Assembly: GCA_013239625.1 (NCBI GenBank)
Contig: MU054338.1
Span: 2,275,779 to 2,295,778, forward strand
DNA from: Lama guanicoe
Lineage: Eukaryota
Length of the DNA: 20,000 nt
Direction of reading: 5' to 3'
The position numbers and the translations under genes are program-made. Positions 1-15,400 of the stretch are shown piece after piece (the first letter of the stretch is position 1; each line of letters opens with the position of its first letter). The notes under the pieces were generated by a model. That model was given only the letters and a program-made list of their open reading frames with translations, ran no database searches and had not been told where the DNA came from.

Positions 1-765
1 GATGGAAGTGGACAGTGGAATAGGCCTGGGCGGGGTGGGGATCCAGCATGGCCCAGGGAAGGCCACAGAGTCCCCCGGTCATGCCGGCTCTGCTTGGAGC
101 CCCCACTCCTCCAGGGTCTGAGAACCTTGTGCTCCCCCAGAGTCAGCCACACGTGTGCATGTGTATATATGTATTTGTGACTTTCTTTGGATTTGTCTTT
201 GTGTTTTTGTAAATCAGTCCTCAGATGTTAAGGCTAGCGGCAGGGAGCAGTGGCTCGTCCCAGCTCCTTTGGGAGTGGAGGTCACAGCTTTTAAAGCCCT
301 ATCATTGGGAGGGGCAGTGGGCTGAACCTGCCTGAACTCGGGGAAGAGGGGGCTCCCGCCTCCCCGCCCATCCCGCAGCTGCCTGCGTGGGAGTGGGCGA
401 GGGGCAGTGTACACAGATGCCCATCCCACCTGCCTGCGTGGAGGGGGAGGGGCATGGCAAGGGACAGTGTACATAGATGTGTAAGTATTCCGGATGGTCG
501 AGATTCTATTTTTGTTTGAGTTTTGGTTTTTTTTTTTTAATAAGAAAAGGATTATGTCTGTACTGCACCCCACCCTGGCTCTGCTTGTAGGCTCCTCGCC
601 TGGGAGCACAGAGGGGGCTTGAAACGATGAAAAGTGTTGTCAGCGGGCGCGGTGGCAGGGCCGAGTGTGGGAGCGGGCAATGTGCAGGCACCTGGTGCGG
701 GTGAGCCTTGCTCCTCCTGGAATGCAGTGTCGCAGCCATTAAACCATGTGGGTCATGCACGGCTG
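1..765 (+). other. FZR1: Probable distal 3' UTR of FZR1 (Cdh1) with ATTAAA poly(A) signal at 738-743
   Basis: UTR-like T/GT-rich tracts and ATTAAA are seen. The gene identity is inferred only from synteny (FZR1 precedes C19orf71); no FZR1 coding sequence is in the window. Confidence 0.55.
366..478 (+). repeat. Imperfect tandem duplication (2 units, ~53-60 bp)
   Basis: GCCCATCCC..CTGCCTGCGTGG...CAGTGTACA(C/T)AGAT at 366-418 and 419-478. Confidence 0.8.
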
Positions 766-1589
766 GGGCTGCCTGTCTGTCGGGCTGATAGCTTGAATCT
801 GCACATATGGGGACCCCAGAGCATCCTGAACGTGAGGGTGTGGGGGCCACTCACAGGCGGCTGGTCAGCATGGGGCGCCAGTGTCCCTGTACTCTTGGTC
901 CCATGAGTCACACCAGTCCTTGCAGCCCTGCTGCGGGAAGAGGGGCCCATGCTGCTCCCGCTGAAAGGAGGAGGGTGGGCCCGGGCTGGTGGGGCAGCGT
1001 GGGTGCTGCTGCTGCCGCCTCTGCCTGACAGATGGGGCCCCAAGGCCAGCGGGAACGTTGCCAGCCCTGTGTCCTGCACTTGGGGACAGCTGGGTGTGGT
1101 TGGGCAGGATTTGTTTCCATTGATCCTGGGTTGATAGAGGAGAAAGGGAGTTAGTGACAGTGACAGCCAAAGGTGAGTGGGGCCTGTGCAGCAGTGAGGC
1201 GAGGAAGATGCAGGGGCTTCCCTGAAGGAAGTGGGGACCAAGTGGGCTGCAAGGAACAGAGAAGGTGGGGAACAGGAGGTTCTGGGGGCCAGAGAGGAAA
1301 ACCAGCCCAGGCCAGAGGGGTTTGCAACACTGGGTGGGCCAGTAGGCCCAGGGGTCTTGAGAACAGAGGTGGCCCCTGCAGCGAGCAGCTGCCCATGACT
1401 GATGGCACACCCCAGGCCCTTCCCTCCCAGTGAAGACCCCTGTCCTGGGCACAGGGGATGAGAGAGGCCAGACCCAAGACGTACCCCTTAGGAGCTTCTG
1501 TTGTGGTGTGAGGGAGACGGTAGGTTGTTAAGAGCACGTGGCTGTCACTGGGTGATGGGTGGTGTGAGGTCTTGGGAAGCAGCAGCTTT

Positions 1590-2030
1590 GAATCCAGGGC
1601 TTGCTATGAACCTGACTTTTGAGCAAGAGCTTGAAGGACGTTTGAGCACAGACATGCCTGGGCAGAGGGCATGCTCCAGGCAGAGGGGGTGCTCCAGGCA
1701 GTGGGCACAGCCTGTGCAAAGGTCCTGGGGCAGGACAGTCGCTGGCATGTTAGAGAAACAGTGAGGAGGCCTGTGTGGCTGGAGCAGAGTGAGCGAGGGG
1801 GAGAGAGGGGAAGGGGCAGGGCAGGTCATACAGGGCCTTGTGGGCCCCAGGGAGGACATAGGCCTGTACCCCAGTGAGGGGGAGCCTTTGATGTGTGCTG
1901 ACGTGGGAAGGGGTGAGGTTGCTCTGTGGAGGCTTGAAAACAGGTGGGCGGGGGCACAGAGAGACCGGGGAGGCAGTGACGTGACCACGGCCAGGAGCGG
2001 TGGAAGTGCTGAAAGACGGGCAGCTTCTGG
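1590..2030 (-). mobile_element. LINE L2 fragment
   Basis: Typical L2 motifs: CAGCCTGTGCAAAGGTCCTGGGGCAGG, GGAGGCCTGTGTGGCTGGAGCAGAGTGAGCGAGGG; boundaries approximate. Confidence 0.75.
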
Positions 2031-2039
2031 ATTTCTCCT

Positions 2040-2525
2040 TAATTTGTGTGTGTGTGGTAAAACACGCGTAACATAGTGAAGAGTACAGCGGAGCGCTTTG
2101 TTGTTATGTACTATATGTTGTGCCGCCATCATTACTAATTCCGGAACATTCCATCACCATAAAAGAAGCCCTGTCCTCAATAGCAGGCACCCCCACCCCC
2201 CACCCAACTCTGACAAGCAGGAACCGCCCCTCTGTCTCTGGATTGGCCTATTCTGGACGTTTCACATAAACGGAATCACGCTGTGGCCTTGTGTGTCTGG
2301 TTCTCTCACTGAGCATCGTGTTCTCAGGGTCCATCCATGTCACGTTGGAGCGTCACTCCTTTTCTTGCCTGAATAGTACTCCAGCATGTGGGTAGACCCT
2401 GTGCTCTGTGTCCATCCTGCAGTTGGTGGGCATTTGGGTTGTGTCCACCCTTTGGCTGTTGTGGGTATTGCTGCTGAAAACGTGTGTGTGCGGATTCTCA
2501 CTCTGGATGTGTTCTGGGACCAAAG
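2040..2525 (-). mobile_element. Old L1M (L1MB-like) 3' fragment
   Basis: GCCTATTCTGGACGTTTCACATAAACGGAATCA, GGGCATTTGGGTTGTGTCCACCCTTTGGCTGTTGTG resemble antisense L1MB 3' sequence. Confidence 0.75.
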
Positions 2526-2820
2526 GATGGATTGGATGGGGTGGGGTGGGGACAAGAGAGGGGCTAAGGGCTGCACGGGCACCTGAGCACCCTGAAGGGT
2601 GGAACTCGGGGTGCAGGAGGGAAATTCAGAAGCTTCATTTGGTTCAGGAGGCAGAGGAGGGGTGGGAAGGCAGGGGCTCAAGGCCACGGCCCCACCCAGT
2701 GCGTGCCCGCCTCCTTCCTCCAGCCTCTGCCCTTGGGTCCTGGCCCCTCAGCTGGGGGAGTGGCCTGGATGGGGGCCAGCTGGCTGAGCCGTTGCCAGGA
2801 CGCCAGAGCCACCTTTGTAG

Positions 2821-5753
<2,933 letters not shown>

Positions 5754-5930
5754 TAAAGATCTTGCTGCCCAAAGCGGCTCTGCAGGGATAAAGGCAACTA
5801 CCAACCAGGACCCTGGGGGCCAAGCCCCAGGGCAGAGGCAGGCAGACGCCAGCTGCCCTCTCCCGGCATCGGCTCCCCAAGCCCGGCCCAGGCTAACAGC
5901 CGAGGCCACAGTCCTCGCCAGGGGCAGCTC

Positions 5931-5936
5931 TTTATT
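5931..5936 (-). promoter_or_regulatory. MFSD12 polyadenylation signal AATAAA
   Basis: TTTATT on + strand, ~445 nt downstream of the MFSD12 stop; the only canonical hexamer I saw in that interval. Confidence 0.75.
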
Positions 5937-6380
5937 CACTGTTGGTGGTGGCCTAAGCCCTGCACGCTGATCCCCGCTGCCGCCACGGCTGGGGTCTGGG
6001 CCCAGTCCCCCAACCCCGGGGCTGGGGCTCCTGGCAGGCTCAGTGCCAACACCGTCCTCCAGGGCCTGGCAGCACCCGGGAGACCCTAGCCAGCCCAGGG
6101 GTGAGCCTGGCACAGCCCCTGGACCTGGGACCTTCACATCCAGTCCCTCCGCAACACAGAGCACCCCAAACCATCCAAGCAGCTGGGAGGGATTAGAGTG
6201 GGGACTGGGGGGCCCCACCAGCCCCTGGGTACCAGAGGGCCTAGCTCGGTACCCACCCATCCTGACCTCACCCACCAACCCCCTGCAGCCGGCAGGACAG
6301 ATGCAGGATGGGAACAGAGGAACAGGAGGACAGTCACAGTTGTGGTTAATTAATATAGGGCAAGGGACTATGAGGCGGTG

Positions 6381-6403
6381 TCAGGGCTGGGCTCCAGGGT
6401 CCC
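6381..6403 (-). CDS. MFSD12: MFSD12 final coding exon (W)DPGAQP-stop
   Basis: Pyrimidine tract then TTGCAG|GG GAC CCT GGA GCC CAG CCC TGA; resembles the human C-terminus WDRDARP (recalled). Confidence 0.88.
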
Positions 6404-9400
6404 CTGCAAGAGAAGACGGTGGGAGGGGGGTTAGCCAGGGTGGGGCCTGTCCTGTCCCAGACCTACCACCCGTGGCTGGCTTGGGGCTCTTAGGAGGAAG
6501 AGGGGCCTGCAACTCACAGTGCCGAAGGCGGATGGGCCAGATGAGGAGACTGCACAGAGCGAGGGTGGCGGCCACACCCACGCCACCCGTCACGGCCACC
6601 ATCACCCAGTGGTAGAAGTCCACGCAGGCCCTGCAGCAGAGGTCTGAGCTAGGGGCAGAGCAAGGGCGGAAGAGGGTGAGCAGACACCAGCCTGGGCTCC
6701 CCACTCCTCCCGTCTCCAATGGGGCAGCCCCGTCGTCCCCGTCGTCCCCACACTCAGGCCAGGACCAGAGGGATCACCCTCAACCCTCTTCTCCCCTCCA
6801 ACATGAGACTTCAGCTGATGATGTCAGCTCTGCCTTCAGAGTCTCAGACTGCCCACTACTCCTCCCTCCTGAGCCCCCACCTGGTCCAGCCCCATCCCCA
6901 CCCACCGGGACTGCCCCCAGTACCCTCCCCCAACTTCTTGCCATCACCTCCCCCAGGCGGCCCTCCCTGCAGGGGCCACCAGGGGGTGCCAGTGAGCACC
7001 TGAGCCAGGCCCTGCCCTACCCACAGCTCCCACTTCCCTGGGGTAAAAGCTCATGTCCTCCCCTCAGCCCACAAAGCCCTGTATAACATGCCCCGTCCCC
7101 TCCCTGCCCTCACCTCCTCCCTCCCTCCCCCTTGCCACACGGGCTTCCTTGTTCCTCCAACATGCCAGGCACAGTCCTGCCCAGAGCAAGGCTTTTGCAT
7201 GTGCTCTTCCTCCCATTTGCCTAGAACTCCCTGACATTCTCCAGTCTCAGGTCCAATGTCACCTCCTCAAGGAAGCCCTCCCTGACCTCTTGCCCAGGTC
7301 AGGCTTCTGTAAGTGGCATCCTTCACCCCCCCGCCACTGGTCTGGATCACACGCTGATTCAGGTGGTGACTAATGCTACTGCTGCCGCCAGCTCCATGAG
7401 GACAGAGGACTGGGTCCGCTCTCATTCTCAAATCCTGGGCTTCTGTAGGGCATACACCTGGGTCTAGAACCACCTGAGGCCGGAACCTTGTGTTTTAAAG
7501 GTCTGAGTTACAGCGGTTCCCAGTGCTCCTGCTGCCCTGCCCACTCACATCCCCCACTCCATCTGTGAGCTGTGTCCTCAGCACCCGGCACAGGACAGAC
7601 TGCAGAGTGGATGAATGGATGCCCAAGGTGGGGAACAACCAGGTCTCCCCGGCTTTGAAGCCACCAAGGCAGGGCCTTCTGTCCTCACAGAATCCCCAGA
7701 ACTGGGGCGGCACCCAGTGCACAGCACACACTCAGTATACCTCGTTAAATGCACAATCGGGTGGGTGGCACTCACGTGCAAGGGTGTAAGCTCTGGATGG
7801 CCATGACTGCCAGCCCATTGGCCACCTTGTCCGAGAAGCTCATGGCGCCGTACACGAAGGCTCCACTATGCTGGGGGACATGGGCAGAGGGTCAGCACTC
7901 CCGGCCCCAGCCCTGGTCCCCAACCCTAACCCGCCCCTGCCCAGCAGCCCTACCGTGTGGGGGCCAATGAGGTCAGCCGTCATGGACAGGGATGTGACAA
8001 GGATGGTGGCACAGCCCGCACCCAGCAGCACGGCCGCCACATACACAGCCACACCCAGCACATCTGCCAGCGCCACCCAGGCAGCAAAGGCCAGGATCAC
8101 CAGGAGGCCCATGAAGTAGGTCATCTGCGGAGAGCCCAGCTGGGCGTCAGGCCCACCTTGCTGGGCAGCCCTGAGCCTGGCACTTGCCCTTTCTGGTCTT
8201 CAACCCACCCCCAACCCCAGCAAATGAGGGGGTTGAGTTGGGTCATCCCTAAGGAGCCCCCGGCTCCAACCTCAAAGGATTCCTGGCAGTGCTGAGCTCG
8301 TGGAGAGGATGTTCAGGGGCTACACTGTCTGATTCAGCTGCCACTAGAGACAGGTAGCTGCTTGCATCTCAACGCAAGTCTATTAAAGTGAAATCAAATG
8401 AAGCATTCAGTTCCTCAGCCATGCTGGACCCCTGGCTACTGAACTGGACAGCACAGAAAGCTCTGCAGCCCCGGATTCTACAAGTCGGTTCCCAGACCCA
8501 GGGCTTCTACAGGGTGTGCAGGCGGTGGTCGGGATTCACCCAGGTTCTGTTGGGCAAGCCCCGCCCCCTGCCTTGAGTTCCGCCCACTCACGTTCCTTCC
8601 CGCCCCCTGCCTGCAAGCCCCGCCCACTCACGTTCCTCCCGATACACTTGTTGACCGGCTTCATGAGGAAAGAGGAGAAGAAGCCACTGAGGTACATCAC
8701 CAGCGGGATCGTGGCGATGAACCTCTGTTGGGGCAGAGTGGCACAGGTGTTTCAGGCGTGGCTCCTCAGGCTCCAGGCCCCCCACCCCTGCCGCCCTGGC
8801 CTGCCCGCCCGGCTCACCTTGGGCAGGTTGAGGGAGTAGGTGAGGTACATGGCCATGTACGTCTGGGACAGGTTCACGATGAGCCTCGTGCTCATGTACA
8901 GCAGGCCCACCTGTGAGCAGAGGGGCAGCTCAGGGGTCAGATGGGGTAGTCTTGCACTCCCGCAGCGGGGAGCACTGGGGGCCAAGGTGAGCTGCCCTAC
9001 AGCTGGCACCTCATCCATTAGTAGTGACTTCCCAGCTGGTCAGGTGGAGAAGAGAGCAGTGACTGATTATTAACGTCTGCTCTGGGTGTGGAATGGAGAA
9101 GGGGCTACACTTGCTCCAATGTTTGCCATCCCTGTCCACAGTCCCACAGAGTGAGGGCCTGGTGGAAGGTGGCACTAACGCCAGCCTCCTCTCCCCCCAT
9201 GACGTACCTGATAAAAGGCTGGCTCCTGAAGCCAGTGTTTCCAGAGTACCAAGGGCCGGGCAGCAGCAGGGGCCAACAGGGGGCTGTGTTCATCTGGCTC
9301 CTCCGCCTGCAGCCGGCGCCCCTCCTTGGTGCCCAGGTGGAACAGTAGTGAGAAGACAGCTCCAACACCCACCACCAACAGGGAGAGGTTCTGGGGACCA

Positions 9401-12400
9401 GGCAGGAAAAGGGTCAGCAGTGGCACTCGGCCCAAGCCATGGGCCCTGGGGTGTCCCGCCCAGCCAGCAGTGCTTTGGCCCACTCCTGGCCCAGCTCACC
9501 CGGAACACTGGCACATCCTGGGCCCCCAGATGGTCACTGACATCCTGAACAGACCCCATGTGGGTAGAGCCCTGCAGGTGGAGCAGAAGCCAAGCAGCGC
9601 CATAGACGGTGATGTTGGCCACCACGGTGAAGGCGTACCTGGTGGGGTGCAGGCAAGGCCTCAGCAGGGTACCCCAGAAACCACACAACCGCTTCCTCCC
9701 AGGCAGCGGCACAGCCAGAGCTGCTTGTGGCGTCTAGGGGAACCTCTGACCTACGGGTGATTTCAGCCACCGACACACTGGGTGGCCCCTGGGAAGCCTC
9801 TGCTGGCCTCAGTTTCCCCAGCCTGCACATTATCTGATGATTTACCACTCTGACCCAAAACACTGACCAGGACCATGAGGTCCCGTCGGCCCAGGGCTGG
9901 GATGCACAGACTCAGCAAAGCAGGGCTGAGTCAGGGCTGCAGCTCAGAAGCGTGAGCCCAAAATGTTCAGAAGCCAGGATTCTGGCGTTCCTCATTCCCA
10001 GGTCCTGGGCTTCAGCAGGACAAGGGCTCCATGGCCTAGAGTCGCCCGGGGATTGCTCCTGCCTACCGCCCCAGAGCCATGTCCCTTTAGGGGCTTGGCT
10101 GGGGCAGGGAGCCTCTGGGGCTCAACCAGGACTCCGTCTACCTTTCTGAAAGTGAGGACAAGAACACCCTCGGAGGTCAAGGCGAAGATGACACGAGGCA
10201 GGCAGTAAAGCACTTGTGGGTACAAAGAAAGCTCCCAGAGCTTGTCCTCTGCCAGGCCCAGTCCGTCCTCCTCCGCTGGGGCCCTTGGGGGCCCCAGGCA
10301 TTGGGCAACCCCTGCCGTTAGTGCCTGGAACTCTCAGCCGTAGTGGGGAACTGAGCATGGTGGGGAGGAGGTCACGCTGGGCTGCAGACAGACGGGGGTC
10401 TTATGACAGCACTTACACCCACTGTGAGCCCGGCCTGGTTCCGAGCTGCAGCCGCACGGCCACCTTCAAAGGCTACGTCCTTCCTGTCTGGAACTGTCAT
10501 CTCCTGAACCCTGTTCCCAGTGCACAGACCCCACAGGGACCTGCTCTGCCCAAACCCTGGCCCGGGCACGTGACAACCTCTCGGGCTTATCACAGGGGTT
10601 AAAGAAGACAGTTTGCATGAAGGGCCCAGGACTGTGCCCCGTACACAGCAAAGGTTCCACAGACGCTCCTACTAGCATCATATCCAGAATCACCTCCTCT
10701 AGCGCCTCAAGCAAGTCAGCAGCGCATGAGCTGGGCACCAGCTGTACCCAGTGTGGCAGGCAGGACTCCAAGGTGGCTCAGAGATTCCCATGCCCTGGCC
10801 CCGCCCTGTCTAACCCTCTTCCTTTGGGGAAGGGACCCAGGAATATAATGGGATGTCACTCCCATGTTTAGGTAACGTTCTGTGGCAAAGGTAAAGAGAA
10901 TGTACCGATGTAACTGAAGGAGGTTACCCCAGATGGGCCTGGCCTAATCAGGTGACCCTCAGAAAGAAAGTTTACAGCATCCCTGAGATCAGAGACTCTC
11001 CTGCTGGCCTCAAGGAAGCAGCAGGCCACCACGAGTTCTGTATCTGTGAGAATACGAACACTGCCACCAAGACGTGAGCAGGGTAGAGGGGCCCCAAGCC
11101 TCAGAGGACACCCCAGCCCTAGCCAACACCATGACTACAGCCTCAGACCTGAAGCAGAGATCCCAATCAAGCTAAGCTAGACTCGGCCTGCAGGAACCGT
11201 GATGTGGTAAACGTGTGCTGACTGAGGCTGCTCACCTGGCGCTCACGGGTCACGCAGCAACAGCTGAGTGATACACTAACCTACGGATGTCCAGGCTGGA
11301 GCTGAGTCCCGGAGCCGCACAGCCAAGCACAGCCCAGACGCGGAAGGCGGCCTGGATCCCCTGGGCTCTCCTGCTCTGCGCACTCCGGGATGAGGCTGAG
11401 GTGGGCAATCTGCGTAGCGGCCCAGCCAAACTGGAAGATCACAATGAAGGGCCCGTAGTAGAGGAGGGCAGCCCACTCAGGCGTGGCAGCCCTGCAGCCC
11501 AGGCAGGGGCTGAAGATGAAGGGGAAGGAGAGCAGGACGCAGATGGTGCCTGTGGACGAGCAAGCGGGGTAGGCACGTCGCATGGCCTTCCTCCCTGCCC
11601 AGGGCTCCCCAGGGGCAAGCGAGTGGGGACAAAACTGAGACACAGGAAAGGCTGGAGACCCCCCCAAGTCCCACAGTGAGTGAGGGGTCAGCAGCCCAGG
11701 GCTCCCCAAGCTTATGGCCCCTATGACAAATGGGAAAACTATGGCAGAGATAGGGGACCCCTGAGGCCACACAGCCAAACAGGACAGAGGGGCCAGGCCT
11801 CCCAGTCCAGGCTCCGTGCCCCTTTGTGATGGGGAAATTGAGACACAGGTCACATGCTGCAGCCAACGCAGGGGCAGGAGCGGGGGCAGGCCAGGACAGA
11901 CAGCCAGGTGACAGACAAGAAGGGGCAGGAACGAGGCCTCCCCATGTCAACTCAGGATGCCCCGGGTTCGCCCCCTTGGTGACACAGCAGGTAGAAAGGG
12001 CGCTGCTCTCCCCTGGAGAACTGCCCACCGCAGACCCGCCACTTACACCCCCTGCCCGCCAGCCTCCCCTTCCCGCTCCAGCTGCGGAGGAGGCCCTTTC
12101 CTCCCCAGCTTCTACCAAGTATCCTGTGAGGCTGCCAGGAGTCAGGAGGCCCAGGTGACACGGGGAGGGGCTGAGCCAGCCCCTGCGTTCTCCAAGCCCT
12201 AGTGTCCCCATCAGCTCATAAAGGGGCCTCTCCCTCTGGAGAACACTAATACCTCTGAACAAGCACAATGCTCCCGAGGCCCCAGAGGCCCTGCACCACC
12301 CACCCCGCCCCCGCCCATCACATCCACCCTGTCTCCCCCTGGCTCACTCTGCTCCAGCCACACGGGCCTCCTGGATGTTCCTCCAGCACACCAGCCATGG

Positions 12401-15400
12401 CCCTGCCCCAGGGCCTTTGAACAGGCTGTGCCTGTTGCCTGGAATGCTTTCCCCCTCACATCTTAGCAAGGCCCACTCCTTTTCATCCCTCAGGACTCAC
12501 CTCAAATGCCACCTCCTCAAAGAAGCCCCCCTGACCAGCCCAGTCACCAGCAGTCCCCTCCCTGCCCTGTCACTGTCTGGGCCCTGCTTTCTTTCCTTCA
12601 CACTCCTTAGCATGCACAGGAATTCTTTTGCCTGCCTGCCTGCCTGTTTCTTGTCTGCCTCCCCCACCAGGCTGCAGGCTCCATGGGGGTGGAGAACAGG
12701 TCTCCCCGAGTCACTTCTGTGTCCCTGGCACCCAGCACAGAGATCTTTTGAACGAGTGAATAGTAACAGCAGCCTCTGTTCACAGCCCAAGGAGAGGAAT
12801 GTTACTATTATCCCCATTTCTGGACTAGGAAACCCAGTGACCTCCACCCTGCTCCTCCCATCCCAGAGTGCTGTGCCTGGTAGCCGGACTTCCTTCCGCC
12901 CCCATCAGGGTCCAGAGGTGACCTCACTCCCCAGACCCTAGGCCAGCCCCCACCGTCCTGGGATTGGGAAGTGAAACAAAACACCGCCCCCTTGCTGCTT
13001 CTCTGGAACTGGTGCCTGGGAGGGGCACTCTGGTCAGATTGCTGGCAGCCTGGAGGCCACCCTGGGGCCAGGCAGGGACTGCAGACTCCAGTCAGAAGAA
13101 TGTGCTGCCCTGGCCGGACTCTAACCTGCTGCTGCCCAGGCCAGGCCAGGTTAACTATTGTCAGGGCGAGGCTGCCTGGCTGGGGGACTCTGGGCAAGTG
13201 ACTTTGCCTCTCTGGGCCTCCATTTCCAGAAAAGGGAGATAATGAAAATACCTCACAAGATCGGTGTGAGAATTAAGAGTTAATATATGAAATCGGGGGC
13301 TCCTACTACTCTGAGCCACTTCCTGCTTCAGCAACATCAAAGCCATGAGATTTGACACCTTTCCACGAGCTGTTTCAACTACTTGGAATGCCCTCTCCAC
13401 ACACACTCCTATTCATCCTTCAAAACCCCAAAGCTAATGTCCCTTCCTCCAGAGCTCTGCTTCTTCTTTATGAAGCCGAGTGTACTCAGTTGCCCAGCCT
13501 GGACCCGACAGGAGTATCTATATCTGGCTCTCTGGGTCCCCTATGGGCTAGAGGGGAAAACTCAAGGGCTTGTTAAGGGAAAGAGTGAGTCCGTCCCCAC
13601 TACCCACAGACTCAGGGGTAAAATAGAGAAGTGGGCACTTTTGCAGAGGTAACTTTCACTCAGTCACCTTATCAGCCATCACAAGGCGCTTCCTCTCCCC
13701 ACAGATCTTCCTGGATCTCCCCATGTGCTCAGCCCAAGGCAGATGTCTGGTTGGGGCACCCACCCACCAGGATTGTTTTGCATCAATACAGAACTTTCAG
13801 TTCTTTATTGACAAAGGTGCCTCTACCCTCCTAACCTCCCCCTCTGCAAGGGGACTCAGATTCTTCCTCTGGGGTCAGGTGGAAGCTTCACGGAAACTCA
13901 GCCCGCCACCTAGGAAAGGGGAAGACAACAGACTGGAGGCTCCCGGCTGTTACTAGGTCCACCTCAGGGCCTTTGCACATTCAGTGTCCACTGCCAGGGA
14001 TACTAGCCATGCCTGGCTCCATCTCCTTAGAGGCGTCTCACCAGTCGTCCCCAGAGAAAAGAGCCCCTCATATCTCTCTGGCCCCAGAGCTATCTTTGTG
14101 GTATGTCAATGAATCTACCCACTATCATGAACAAAACCACATTTGAGATTCTGAGCTCTGATCTGTAAGCAATCCCAACGTCAGCCCGCAGAGGGATACC
14201 TCTGACTGGGGTCTGAGTCACCTGCCTCCCCCTGCTCCCCTCCCTGGCTGCTACAGTCCAGAGTGAACTAAGGACAGCCTGGGCATCCTCAGCGCCTAAG
14301 AAACCTGAAATCCAGCCCCTGAGTGGAGCCGCAGCCACAGCAATGCCGGCCTCACTCTCAGGCAACTTGGAGACCAGATGTACTTTCATGAGGGCCAGGG
14401 GCAAATCACCACCTCCTCAGTCACTGTTCCCAAGGGCAAGGAGACAGCAGCTGGCCCTCCTGGCTTCTAGAAAGCTGCCGCCCAGAATTCCCAGAAGCAG
14501 GCAGGATTTCTGGCTCTCCCTCCTGAAATGCCCGGCGAGCCCCAAGTGCCAGGATGTGGCAAGTACTTCTGCCAGAGAAAGAACAGCAGGCAAAGTGGCC
14601 AAGGCTAATCTCAGGGCCCAGGGTCTGGGCGGGTGGAGAAGGGACTCTGGGAGCCAGGCCTTATCACGGGTGTGCAGTGTGTAGGATGCCCCAGCTCCCG
14701 AGGGACCCACCTCCTCCCCTCCTCCCCTCACTAACAGTCCAGGCCAGTCCCTCTGAACGAACAGAGGGAGACCCCATTACCAACTCGGCACAGCCCCATC
14801 CCATCAGCCAGACAAGCACACAGCCCTGACCCGTCTGTCTCACCTGGCCTCCGACCCAGCTCCCAGGGCAGCTCCCCAAAGCAACCAAGGGCCAGGTTGC
14901 CCGTATGGGGCAGGGGATGGATGAAGTGCTCTGGGGGACGGACAGACAGCGAGGACTCTAAGGCAACCTGACTCTCACTCAGACAGAATTGTCCTGGGTG
15001 GTCACCCTGTAGACGGAGGTTTCAGTCAAACCAGACCAGACAGACTGACAGGGGAGGCGCTGGCAGTAAGATCCAACTTCAGGGTGCCCTTGAGAGTCAA
15101 AGTATAAGCGAACCCTCAGATGGAGGCGGCACCGCAGGTCAGGCAGCAGCCATGGGACAGACGGGCAGCGCACAGAGCAGTTAAGCCGCCAGATGGGAAG
15201 ACGTGGGCTGTGCAGTCGGGTAGAGGGGAAGGCTCAGGCCCTGAGGCAGGCAGTCGAATGGGGGGAGGCTGGGCTGGGGCTTACCGACCAGGTGCCAGGC
15301 CTTGCGCGGGCCGAAGCGGGCGCAGCGGCCTGCGGCGCGGTCAGCCTCGAAGCCCACGAGGGGCGTGCACAGCCCGTCGGCCACCTGGCCGAGCAGCAGC

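Noticed and set aside
11477..12268. 263-aa minus-strand ORF overlapping exon 2, the longest in the track
   Set aside because: It is in a different frame from MFSD12, has low-complexity Gly/Ala/Pro composition, lies in a GC-rich intron and shows no recognisable homology.
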